64,000 nucleotides of DNA, from NCBI GenBank assembly GCA_947313855.1, contig CAMZNS010000017.1, positions 12,555 to 76,554 on the forward strand. Reading direction: 5' to 3'. This DNA is from an uncultured Deferribacteraceae bacterium (GTDB taxonomy: Bacteria > Chrysiogenota > Deferribacteres > CAMZNJ01). The position numbers were made by a program, and so were the translations under genes. Shown in pieces: positions 8,832 to 18,724 of this stretch (position 1 is the first letter of the stretch; every line of letters starts with the position of its first letter). The notes beneath the pieces are model-generated. The model had not been told where the DNA came from. It saw only the letters and a list, made by a program, of their open reading frames with translations, and searched no databases.

Positions 8832-10211
8832 GTGTCTTTCAAGACATTATCTGACTGCTCTTTACGGGTTCCTTCTGCATATTGCTCTGCATACTATTCT
8901 GCATACTATTCTGCATTGCTATTGCGATTGATATTTCGATTGATATTGCTATTGCCGTTCCTGTTTTTAGCAGCACTAACTTTAACCTCCAATACCTCCT
9001 TTGCCGACACGGACATTAGCCCTAATAGCAGACGTGTTGCGAATCTGAAGGAGATACGTGGAAAAGATATTGTTGATCAGTCCGACGTGGCTGTTCATCA
9101 ACTTTCACAAAGTGCTTTAAATAGCACACCTATTATTGTGCCCAAACTGACTATGCCCAAACGCAACAATATCACCGATTCACAATCCCCAACAGCACAC
9201 AACTGGCAACCACCCAAACTTCCAAACACCCTTGACGCACGCGAACTTGCCACCTATGGTGCACAATTCGACAATACCACCGACTCACAACTTGTGCTCG
9301 CGTACCTGCATATCGAACAGGGACACTACAACACTGCACTCAAAATCCTGAAAGAGGCATCTGTGCTGGAACCCTACGACAGTCGTATTCAGTTTTTGTC
9401 TGGCATAGCCTACCTCTTGTCTGGCTCCTACTACTCGGCAATCACTAGCCTCAACCGCTCACTGAAACTCCAAGAAGAGGCTCTAACCCAACCGAACACT
9501 GCCAACACTGCCAACACTGCCAACACCCTCTTTGACGCCCCCATCGCCCCGTGCACTTACTACGGACTTGCCATGGCTCAAACCCTTGCCGGCAGACACT
9601 CCCAAGCCTACAATACCACCACAGGGCTAATCAACTCATACAAAACAGCAACCACAACAGCAACCACAACAGCAACCGCCAACCTGCCACTACTCACACC
9701 CCAAAAAACAGGGATGACATGCTTTTACAACCTGCAAAAACAGGTACTTAACCTAATCCCCAACGGCGGTCTGTCGGATGCCTCCCTTCGCAAGGTGCAC
9801 CCCCTAGACACCAACATGCAACTCGCCATACTCTACTACCTGCGTGCAGTCATACTTAGCAACGCAAAATACTTTAACGACGCGGTGGAGGACGACAAAC
9901 AAGCCATCAAACTTGTGCCCAACGAAGTTGCATTCCAAAACCACCTCGCATACAACTACATGGAAGCGAAAGAGTTCCGAAAAGCGGTGGAGCAACAGTT
10001 ATCCATCATCGCTACCTTCGGCGGCTCAGCATACTCCTACAACGCCCTATCCCTAGCGTACACACTCTACGGAGCTCTGGAAAGTGACAACCACCTGTTT
10101 TACCAACAAAAAGCCAAGGAAGCCTCCTACAACGCCTGCTACTTCTACCAAGACTGCACGATGTACAACTCCATTAACAACGGCGACGTCTTTGTGGAAC
10201 AATTATATTGA
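8832..10211 (+). CDS. TPR-repeat protein with N-terminal hydrophobic segment (start uncertain; GTG 8832 after GAGG)
   Basis: TPR consensus in LAYLHIEQGHYNTALKIL..P...IQFLSGIAYLLSGSYYSAI and C-terminal repeats; internal 9- and 12-bp tandem repeats. Confidence 0.7.
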   Translation: MSFKTLSDCSLRVPSAYCSAYYSAYYSALLLRLIFRLILLLPFLFLAALTLTSNTSFADTDISPNSRRVANLKEIRGKDIVDQSDVAVHQLSQSALNSTPIIVPKLTMPKRNNITDSQSPTAHNWQPPKLPNTLDARELATYGAQFDNTTDSQLVLAYLHIEQGHYNTALKILKEASVLEPYDSRIQFLSGIAYLLSGSYYSAITSLNRSLKLQEEALTQPNTANTANTANTLFDAPIAPCTYYGLAMAQTLAGRHSQAYNTTTGLINSYKTATTTATTTATANLPLLTPQKTGMTCFYNLQKQVLNLIPNGGLSDASLRKVHPLDTNMQLAILYYLRAVILSNAKYFNDAVEDDKQAIKLVPNEVAFQNHLAYNYMEAKEFRKAVEQQLSIIATFGGSAYSYNALSLAYTLYGALESDNHLFYQQKAKEASYNACYFYQDCTMYNSINNGDVFVEQLY

Positions 10212-10281
10212 AAAAAAGACGCCTTGCCTGTATTATAAAATGAACACGTAACGAACCAATACGAAACATGTGAGAACAACA

Positions 10282-11145
10282 ATGAACCTTACCACCAACG
10301 AAACCATGAACAAATACACAACCCAACACCTCTACCAACAACCCATCTCGCTAGACGACAAATACAACATGGAAGACCTCGCCAACCTACTACACAACAC
10401 ATTCGCAAGACCATCATCATCGGCAACAACGGAAAATAACGACAACAACAGACATAGCCATCTGAACAATGACCATCTCAGCGGTAACGGTAACGGTAAC
10501 GGTCATGATGGCAACGGCGAACTCCGTACTGTAAACGTTGACCATGCCCGCAGTATCCTCAACCACCTCTTGGCATCATTGGAGTCCCACAGCACACACG
10601 GCACATACGACTCACACGACTCACACGGCGGCTTCCAACACCCTCACCCCACTGCCCCAACAGCCAAGACTACCGCTAACACCAACACTACCCACACCGC
10701 TGACGAACAGGTCACCATTCGCGTACACCGTGCCCCCAACGCCAAGCTCCCCACTTACGGGAGCACAGAGGCTGCTGGTGCCGATATTTCCGCACTAAAC
10801 GGTGGCGTCATCAACCCCGGTCAACGTGTTCTCATCGCCACAGGGCTACGTATGGAGATACCACAAGGGTACGAAATACAGATACGACCCCGTAGCGGTC
10901 TTGCCCTCAAAAAAGGTATCACCATGCTCAACACCCCCGGAACCATCGATAGCGACTACAGGGGCGAAATCGGACTCATCGCCATCAACCACTCCCAAGA
11001 AGTTTTCCGCTACGAAAAAGGTGACCGACTTGCACAGGCCATCGTTGCTCCCGTCTTGCGAGCAACGTTTGCGGATTCCACAGTCCAACCCCTTACTGCA
11101 TCAGAGCGTGGTAGCGGAGGGTTCGGCTCCACAGGGATTGGCTGA
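10282..11145 (+). CDS. dut: dUTPase with ~140-aa His/Asn/Thr-rich N-terminal extension
   Basis: Motifs AAGADI, QIRPRSGLA, NTPGTIDSDYRGEI, RLAQ, RGSGGFGSTG; no ATG/GTG immediately before the catalytic domain (~10705). Confidence 0.93.
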   Translation: MNLTTNETMNKYTTQHLYQQPISLDDKYNMEDLANLLHNTFARPSSSATTENNDNNRHSHLNNDHLSGNGNGNGHDGNGELRTVNVDHARSILNHLLASLESHSTHGTYDSHDSHGGFQHPHPTAPTAKTTANTNTTHTADEQVTIRVHRAPNAKLPTYGSTEAAGADISALNGGVINPGQRVLIATGLRMEIPQGYEIQIRPRSGLALKKGITMLNTPGTIDSDYRGEIGLIAINHSQEVFRYEKGDRLAQAIVAPVLRATFADSTVQPLTASERGSGGFGSTGIG

Positions 11146-11206
11146 GCACCTAGTCGTAACGCACAAGCCCCACCTAACACAATTTATAGCAAACCGAGGC
11201 ACACGA

Positions 11207-12007
11207 ATGACATTTCAATACGGACACACCATTGTACTTGTAAATGAAAAGGGGCACAAACACCTCGTACCACTCAAAGAGGACGGCGTATTCCATACTC
11301 AGTACGGAACCATCACCCACGAAAGTATCTGCAGCTCCGGCGACGGTGCTCGCGTACTCACCTCCAAAAAACACCCCTACTTCGCATTCTCCCTCACCTA
11401 CTCCGACTTCGTAATGAATATCAAACGTAACGCACAAATCATCTACCCCAAAGACTCCTCCGTTATGATGACTTGGGGAGATATTTTCACCGGGGCAAAA
11501 GTCTTGGAAGCAGGTATCGGACAGGGTGCGTTATCCATCAAAATACTGCAATCCATCGGTGGCGACGGACTACTCGTCAGCTACGAAAAACGTGAGGACT
11601 TTGCACTACAATCACAAAAATTTATTCGCCAATACCTCGTCGAAAGCTCCAAAATACCACTCCCACTAGACAAAATGCACCGTGTGGAAGTACGTGATAT
11701 CTACGACGGAATTGAAGAAACTTTCGAACGAATCATGCTTGACCTACCCGAACCGTGGCAGGTTATCCCACACATGCACAACTCCCTGGAAGACGGCGGC
11801 ATTGTTGTGTCATACCTACCATCCATCATACAAGTATCCAAATACGTGGACGCATTGGAAGCATCAGGAATATTTCGAGAAATCGAAACCTTCGAACTAA
11901 TACTCAGACCATGGAAAGTTTCAGGACGTGCGGTACGACCCGAAATGTGGACATACAATCACTCCGCCTTCATCATCAAAGCTCGCAAAGTTGCTAAGGA
12001 ACAATAA
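11207..12007 (+). CDS. trmI: tRNA (adenine-58-N1)-methyltransferase
   Basis: QIIYPKD, VLEAGIGQGALS, LDLPEPW, HSAF motifs; true start MTFQYG at 11207 rather than ORF-track 10802. Confidence 0.9.
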   Translation: MTFQYGHTIVLVNEKGHKHLVPLKEDGVFHTQYGTITHESICSSGDGARVLTSKKHPYFAFSLTYSDFVMNIKRNAQIIYPKDSSVMMTWGDIFTGAKVLEAGIGQGALSIKILQSIGGDGLLVSYEKREDFALQSQKFIRQYLVESSKIPLPLDKMHRVEVRDIYDGIEETFERIMLDLPEPWQVIPHMHNSLEDGGIVVSYLPSIIQVSKYVDALEASGIFREIETFELILRPWKVSGRAVRPEMWTYNHSAFIIKARKVAKEQ

Positions 12008-12009
12008 TC

Positions 12010-12867
12010 ATGAACATACTACTCACAAACGACGACGGCTACGACGCACCCGGACTAAGAGCCATGCTCCATGAAGTCAACAAACACAACGGTATGGAAG
12101 CAATCTACGTCGCACCACACAAACACATGAGTGCCAAAAGCCACAGCGTTACCATATTCGAACCCATAAAACACTACGACCACCATGACGCAAACGGTAA
12201 CCTCGAAGGCGTATCAGTCGATGGCACACCTGTGGACTGCGTAAACATCGCACTAGATCGTATCGTAACCAACAAACCGAACATACTAATCTCAGGAATC
12301 AACGATGGGGGGAACTTCTCCACCATCTCACTGCTGTCAGGAACATACGCCGCTGCTGAAGCTGGTGCAAAAGCTGGCATACCATCCATCGCCGTATCAC
12401 TGCTCACAGGGTTCGGAATCAAAGCCACTGGCGACGACAATATCCCTGACGGAATCGATCCCAATATCCTAGCTAGCATCGACTCCAACAACAGAAACTT
12501 CAGTGTTGCCGCCAACTTCGTCATGTTCTTCATCACAGAGATTATGCCGCAACTCAACATCACAGGAGTTCCCTTCTTCAACATCAACGTGCCACCACTC
12601 AAAAAAGAACACATCAAAGGTTGGAAATTTACTAGCTTTAGCAAAAACAACTACTCAGCAAACTACGAAGTAAACTTATCCCCACAAGGTGAAAAATACT
12701 ACTGGTACGACTCACGAACCATTCACAACGACATGGCTGACATGAGACCCAATACCGACGACCTAGAACTATTTCGCGGCTACATCACCGTCTCACCTTC
12801 GAAAATCGACTTCACCGACCATGAAACACTAAACAAACTACTCAAACAAGATTTCAAGAAATACTAA
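12010..12867 (+). CDS. surE: 5'/3'-nucleotidase SurE
   Basis: ILLTNDDG, APH..SAKSHS, DGTPVDC, ISGINDGGN, SGT motifs. Confidence 0.95.
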   Translation: MNILLTNDDGYDAPGLRAMLHEVNKHNGMEAIYVAPHKHMSAKSHSVTIFEPIKHYDHHDANGNLEGVSVDGTPVDCVNIALDRIVTNKPNILISGINDGGNFSTISLLSGTYAAAEAGAKAGIPSIAVSLLTGFGIKATGDDNIPDGIDPNILASIDSNNRNFSVAANFVMFFITEIMPQLNITGVPFFNINVPPLKKEHIKGWKFTSFSKNNYSANYEVNLSPQGEKYYWYDSRTIHNDMADMRPNTDDLELFRGYITVSPSKIDFTDHETLNKLLKQDFKKY

Positions 12868-12885
12868 CAACAGGAGGCTACTTGC

Positions 12886-15681
12886 GTGGTTGTAGATGAC
12901 AAAATATCAGACGAAAACAAACTAAACAGAGGCACATCGCAACACGCCAGAAGACGCTTACCCATTGCAAGAACTCTAACCCTAGCCATACTCGCAACAC
13001 TACTGCTCAGCAACGCATACGCCATCGAACCGAAAAATATCAAAGACGCTATCATCGGATCGCAACTATCCAACTACAACAGATACCAACCCAACACCGC
13101 AAGCCCAGAAGCAGCTTACACCATCGAAACACTCACCACCAACCTACAAGGATACGAATCCAACTACAAAACGTACAAAGAATCACTCAGCAACCTCGTA
13201 AACGATACACCCTACATGCGTCGAAACCTTCGTGGCATCGACGACCTACGGCGAAGCATTATCGTCTCATTCCAACGAGGAAAATATGGCGAAGTTGTTA
13301 GCTCCTACAATAACGAAAACCTCAACTCCTCTCTAAACCAATACAGCGACGAACTCAGCCTACTCTACAGCATCGCACTCCTACAACAAGGATCCTACAA
13401 CGCAGGCACTGCCATACTCAGCAACCTTGCACAAAAACCTGACAGCAAAGATATCACCAAACATAACTTCAACCTCATCGCACTCGATGCACTTGCACAA
13501 TACGCGGTGGAAAATAACAATTTCAACCTGTTCCTCAAATCCTTCAACCTCTACCCAAGCAAAACCTCAGACTACGCAACAGCCTCATACCTACAATACC
13601 TACTCGTAAACAGCAAATTCAACGAACTGAAAAATATCGAAAAAAATAACCCCGAAATCAAAAAACGACTGCTGAAAAATCCAAAACTCAACGAATTCAA
13701 AACAAAAGGATACTACCTTACACAAAAATACGACAAAGTGCTAACTTACGGACGCGAATTCAACACACCAAATACATACGACATCGTACTGGATAGTGCC
13801 GCAATACTCGGAAACAAAACATACCTAGAATCATACATACTCAGAATCCCAAATGGCAAACTAACTAACACTGCCCAAACAAAACTCGCCATCACACTCG
13901 CAGCAAACAACACCAAAAATACAACCACGCTCAACAAAAACAACGACGCTATCCTGAAATCACTCCAAAAACAAAACCAAGACTACATGGAAATCTACAC
14001 CTACTACCAATACAAATTCAACAACAACCTCAACAAAACCATCGTCAACACCATCTACAAACAAAGCTCCACTATCACACAAACATACATGGACACCGCA
14101 AACACACTAAAACTAATCTCCAAACTACAATGCACGGACGCCATAACTTACATCAACACAAATATGCCCCGAATACCACTCGAATTAAACCTACTACTCG
14201 GCGAATGCCTACTAATCGACAACAACGAAATCGCCAAAAAATACCTCTACACATTCCTAGACAACACCAACAAACGAAACAACAACTACTGGAAAGCAAA
14301 AAGCCTACTCGCTCTCGCTCTCTTCAACAACAACGAAACAGTGGAAAGCAGCATCATCATCGACGACTGCAAAACAGACAGCTGCAACCTAGTCAGATCC
14401 TACACACAACTAAAACAACGCAAATACGTCACAGCCCTTAACACCGCTAAAACAATACACAACTCTAACCTAACAAACATAACCACAAATATTCAACTAC
14501 TCAGCTTCTACGGACTAGGCAAATGCAACAACGTTATCAACATCGCCAAAAATAATACCTTCAACTCCGAAACAACATCTTACGCCATCGCTGACTGCTA
14601 CCTCACACAAAATAACGAAAAACTCGGACTAAAATACCTCAACACACACATCAAAACCAACACAACATACACCAAACTCGGAATGAAATACTTCTTCAAC
14701 AAAGAAAACTACAACAAAACAATCGCTCTCGGGAACAACATCAACAGCAAACAACTCGACTCCGACATCGCACTACTACTCGGATACTCATACCACTCAA
14801 TAGGGGAATACAACAACGCTTACCGATACTACAAAGCAATCGCAACAACAAACAACTCCAACACCCCAATGGGTATCGATAGCATGATAAATATCTGGAG
14901 CAACGTTACAGCATACAACGCCACACAAGACATCACAACAATACTGCTCACAAACAAAAATATCGACAACCGAGAAGTCTACCTAATGAAAGCCGCTACA
15001 CTCTTCACCAAAAGCAACCTCATCAACGAAGCATTCCAACTAGTCAACACCCTCTTCGACGACTACTCAAAACCGGAAGCAATACGAGGTGCATATGTTG
15101 TCAGAGCCGAACTGTTCTACCAACTGCAAAACTACAACGCTTGCCTAGCTGATGTCCAAACAGGACTCTCATACAAAAAAAACGACGAAGCACCGCTACT
15201 CTACTACAACGCTCTCTGCAACGAACACATCAACCCTGAAGCAAGCCTCAAAACATACCAACAACTAAGACAATACCCCGAATTCGAATACCTCGCTAAC
15301 GAAAAAGTCATAAACCTTAGCGACAACCCAAGACTACTACTCGACTCAGCAAACTACTTCGCCGACAAAGACCAAAACCTCTACAACAAAGGGATACAAA
15401 AATTCCTCCTACTTGTACCACTCTTCGAACTAGCACAAAACGTCAACTACCTACCAGTACTCGAAAACTCCGACGACGCCAATACCAGAGCAAAAGGATA
15501 CTTCCTAAGGGCACAACTCGCCGAACGAAATACAGATCACACAAAAGCAATCGCAAACTACCTACTAGCATTCTACACAACAACAGACAAAGTCAGCAAA
15601 ACACAAGCAAAAGAAAACCTTATCGAAATCTACACCAAACTCGGACTAACCGAACGTGTGGAAATCATCAACAAACTCTAA
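12886..15681 (+). CDS. Large secreted TPR-repeat protein
   Basis: AGGAGG SD plus GTG; signal peptide ending AYA; repeated helical TPR-like motifs (LLLGYSYHSIGEYNNAYRYY); 931 aa open frame. Confidence 0.7.
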   Translation: MVVDDKISDENKLNRGTSQHARRRLPIARTLTLAILATLLLSNAYAIEPKNIKDAIIGSQLSNYNRYQPNTASPEAAYTIETLTTNLQGYESNYKTYKESLSNLVNDTPYMRRNLRGIDDLRRSIIVSFQRGKYGEVVSSYNNENLNSSLNQYSDELSLLYSIALLQQGSYNAGTAILSNLAQKPDSKDITKHNFNLIALDALAQYAVENNNFNLFLKSFNLYPSKTSDYATASYLQYLLVNSKFNELKNIEKNNPEIKKRLLKNPKLNEFKTKGYYLTQKYDKVLTYGREFNTPNTYDIVLDSAAILGNKTYLESYILRIPNGKLTNTAQTKLAITLAANNTKNTTTLNKNNDAILKSLQKQNQDYMEIYTYYQYKFNNNLNKTIVNTIYKQSSTITQTYMDTANTLKLISKLQCTDAITYINTNMPRIPLELNLLLGECLLIDNNEIAKKYLYTFLDNTNKRNNNYWKAKSLLALALFNNNETVESSIIIDDCKTDSCNLVRSYTQLKQRKYVTALNTAKTIHNSNLTNITTNIQLLSFYGLGKCNNVINIAKNNTFNSETTSYAIADCYLTQNNEKLGLKYLNTHIKTNTTYTKLGMKYFFNKENYNKTIALGNNINSKQLDSDIALLLGYSYHSIGEYNNAYRYYKAIATTNNSNTPMGIDSMINIWSNVTAYNATQDITTILLTNKNIDNREVYLMKAATLFTKSNLINEAFQLVNTLFDDYSKPEAIRGAYVVRAELFYQLQNYNACLADVQTGLSYKKNDEAPLLYYNALCNEHINPEASLKTYQQLRQYPEFEYLANEKVINLSDNPRLLLDSANYFADKDQNLYNKGIQKFLLLVPLFELAQNVNYLPVLENSDDANTRAKGYFLRAQLAERNTDHTKAIANYLLAFYTTTDKVSKTQAKENLIEIYTKLGLTERVEIINKL

Positions 15682-15705
15682 AAATAAACGGCAAAAATAA
15701 CTCAA

Positions 15706-17052
15706 CTACGTAATCTCGCGTACCCAACGACCACGCCACAAATATAACGTGTAAAACACCGATACCAAACCAAACGCCAACAACTCAGCCAAATACAAAC
15801 TCGACAAACCCATCCGAAACACATACAAAAATAGGAACATCATAGGCAAAACCAAAAACCACTGACGTACAATATTCACAACCATAACAATAAACGTATT
15901 ACCAGCACCCGTAACCACATTACGCATCAGTACCAAATAATTTACAAAAAACTGATTCAATGCCAAAAGAACCAAGGGGGCCGTTGCAAGAGACATTAAC
16001 CCCGCATCAGAAGTGAAAATACCAACCAACTGACGCTGAAACAACAGCAACACAACCATCGTAATAATACTCCACGTCGTAATCATAATAATGGAAACAC
16101 GCAAAACATCACGAACTCGCTCTCTGTTGCCAGCACCAAGTGCATGGCTAATAAACACCGACGCAACCAACGCAAATCCGAACGACGGCATCGCTGAAAA
16201 ACCCTTCATACTAGCCAAAATCGGCACAAGGGCGATACTACTCGTCCCCAATGTCGCAACCATAAACGACACAACCACCGCTGAACCCTCAGTAAACATA
16301 TCCGTTGTTGCCGTTGGAGTACCATACCTACCTATTTGCAAAAATAAACGGGGCGAAAAATGGAAATCACCAAAAAAACTCAACCGCAAAGACGACCTGC
16401 TCACAAATAATAAATAAAAAAATATGGAAGCACTCATACTACGACTAATCAATGTCGACAACGCTACACCATTCACCCCCATCTCAGGGAACAACCACCA
16501 ACCAACAATAAATACATAGTTCAACACAATATTCAGAACCACCGTAACAATGGTCAGATTCATGGATATCATGGTGTTGCCCAAGGAACGAAAGATAAAA
16601 CCACCCGCAAACGCTATCCCCATCGGTATCACAGAGTATGATACAATCTTCGAATATGAAATGAAATTATCTCGCACCTCACCCTCAAATCCGTACAAAG
16701 AAGCGATACTGCCCAATGAAAAATGGAGCACCGAAATAACAAAAATGGAGATACCAATATTAATGGCAATGGTGTGGAGGGCAACCAGACGGAAACCTTC
16801 ACGGTTTTGAGAACCATGATGACGACCCATAATCGCCATGGCACCGTGGTTGAATGAAAATAGTGTGAGTGCTGCCGAAAGAACAATGTTCGAATAACCA
16901 ACTGCCGCCAACGCCTCAACACCTATCATGCGACCAACCATGATCGTGTCTGTCATACCCGTCATCACACGCAAAGTCATGGCAATAATCGACGGAACCG
17001 CCGCCACAAACATCAACCACCCCAACGACTGCCGCATCCCAAACCTAAACAT
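15706..17052 (-). CDS. MATE family efflux transporter
   Basis: D..MVG...G..ALAAVG, FRSLGNT, N.VLNYVFI.G....PEMGV.G.AL.T motifs; ~12 TM. Confidence 0.9.
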   Translation of the reverse strand: MFRFGMRQSLGWLMFVAAVPSIIAMTLRVMTGMTDTIMVGRMIGVEALAAVGYSNIVLSAALTLFSFNHGAMAIMGRHHGSQNREGFRLVALHTIAINIGISIFVISVLHFSLGSIASLYGFEGEVRDNFISYSKIVSYSVIPMGIAFAGGFIFRSLGNTMISMNLTIVTVVLNIVLNYVFIVGWWLFPEMGVNGVALSTLISRSMSASIFFYLLFVSRSSLRLSFFGDFHFSPRLFLQIGRYGTPTATTDMFTEGSAVVVSFMVATLGTSSIALVPILASMKGFSAMPSFGFALVASVFISHALGAGNRERVRDVLRVSIIMITTWSIITMVVLLLFQRQLVGIFTSDAGLMSLATAPLVLLALNQFFVNYLVLMRNVVTGAGNTFIVMVVNIVRQWFLVLPMMFLFLYVFRMGLSSLYLAELLAFGLVSVFYTLYLWRGRWVREIT

Positions 17053-17080
17053 AAAACCCCAGACATAAACCCGAAAGGTC

Positions 17081-18460
17081 TTACCGAATCTTTACTCGCA
17101 ACCAACTACCACGCCTGAAATAAACATACAAAATCACCGCAAAGACACCAAAACCGAAAAACTCACCAATATAAAACGCCTCCAAACCCAAGTCAAACGT
17201 GGACGCAACAATACCTGTTACTGGCAACACGAAAACCCACTGGCGAAGAGTTGTCGTCAACATCACAACCTTGGTCGCACCTGAACCGCGAATAAAACCT
17301 GTCATCAAAATCACATAAATCAACAAAGGCTGATTAATCGCGAAAATCAACACCGGTATCCTAGCCGCTGCCAAAACTTCAGCATCAGAGGTGTACACCA
17401 ACAAAATATAACTACCAGCAAACAAAAACAAGACGGTCATCAATAGTCCCCACGTAATCGCATAAACACTAGCTATACGACCAACCAACACCGCACGCTG
17501 ACTGTCACCCGCACCCAAAGACTGACCACACAACGCCGCCGACGCTATGGCCAAACCAACACCCGGCATAAACGATAACGACTCAATATTCAACAACATA
17601 GGCAAAGCCGCTTCCGAAGCTGTCTCAAGGTGGATTGCCAACATCACCAACAAAACATTAATCGACAAATTCACCATGAACTCCTCAGCAATAGTCGGTA
17701 CCCCCAAACGCAACACCTGACCACTAATACCACGTGTCGGACGCATCAAACGAACCTTTATACGAGTAACACCCTTATGAACAAAAAATATGTACAAATA
17801 TGCTGACGCCTCCAAATACCTAGCCAAAACAGTGGCAATAGCAGCACCCTTAACACCCAACTCTGGAAAAAACCAAAAACCCGTTATCAAAACATAGTTA
17901 CCAACAATATTGAACGCAATAGCAACAACAGCAATCTGCATGGGCAACTTAGTATTACCCAATGCACGCAAGGTTATCGCACCTGAAAATAGTATGAAAA
18001 ATGCCGGAATCGACAACAAAACAATGTAAACATAAGAAAGATACAGAGACTCAACAACAGGCTCAAAACGATAAAGCATCACCAAAACAGATATAATCGG
18101 AAGCAACACCAATACCAAAAGAATAGAAGCAAATATATTGAGACTGAAATTCTCCGAAATAACGCGACGAAGCTTAACCAACTTGCCTCCACCGTAGTAA
18201 CGTGCAATAATCGCCGCCGCACCGTAATTGAAACCGATAACAGTAAACATGGACGTGTACATCAACAAGTTCGCATAACCACTAGCCGACAACGCCTCCT
18301 TACCCAAAAACTGACCTATCATTACAACGTCAACAAAACTTATAAGCGTACGCAACAACATGTCAGCAACGGCTGGAGCAGCCATCAGCAATACTGTTTT
18401 CGACAGCTGGGGATTCTCACGAATTACGCGGGGGCGGGGGATATGTCTTGTCCAAATCAT
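17081..18460 (-). CDS. MATE family efflux transporter (tandem paralog)
   Basis: Same MATE motifs (LRALGNTKLPM, PELGVKGAAIAT); AGGAG SD. Confidence 0.9.
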   Translation of the reverse strand: MIWTRHIPRPRVIRENPQLSKTVLLMAAPAVADMLLRTLISFVDVVMIGQFLGKEALSASGYANLLMYTSMFTVIGFNYGAAAIIARYYGGGKLVKLRRVISENFSLNIFASILLVLVLLPIISVLVMLYRFEPVVESLYLSYVYIVLLSIPAFFILFSGAITLRALGNTKLPMQIAVVAIAFNIVGNYVLITGFWFFPELGVKGAAIATVLARYLEASAYLYIFFVHKGVTRIKVRLMRPTRGISGQVLRLGVPTIAEEFMVNLSINVLLVMLAIHLETASEAALPMLLNIESLSFMPGVGLAIASAALCGQSLGAGDSQRAVLVGRIASVYAITWGLLMTVLFLFAGSYILLVYTSDAEVLAAARIPVLIFAINQPLLIYVILMTGFIRGSGATKVVMLTTTLRQWVFVLPVTGIVASTFDLGLEAFYIGEFFGFGVFAVILYVYFRRGSWLRVKIR

Positions 18461-18634
18461 GGCATCTCCTACAAAATTGTTGAGCTACGGTGGGAGTGCT
18501 CGAACCTAAATAAAATAATGTTTTTATAAATACAAACAGAACCTATCCTAGTGTTATAAACCTAAAAAATTGTTATTGCAAGAGAAATTAACAACCAAAA
18601 CAGCAACCACTCACAAAATAATATAGCTCAATAT

Positions 18635-18675
18635 AAAAGGGGGCAGGCTTTTCACAGCACTACCCCCCCCCTTTT
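18635..18675 (-). terminator. Candidate intrinsic terminator downstream of PFOR
   Basis: AAAAGGGGG...CCCCCTTTT inverted repeat 50 nt after the stop; long loop. Confidence 0.4.
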
Positions 18676-18724
18676 CGTCGCAACCATTATTTACTCATAG
18701 TAAACAAACGACACTCTAAACCCA

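Noticed and set aside
10802-11206. ORF-track N-terminal extension of TrmI
   Set aside because: Overlaps dut in another frame; TrmI homology starts at ATG 11207
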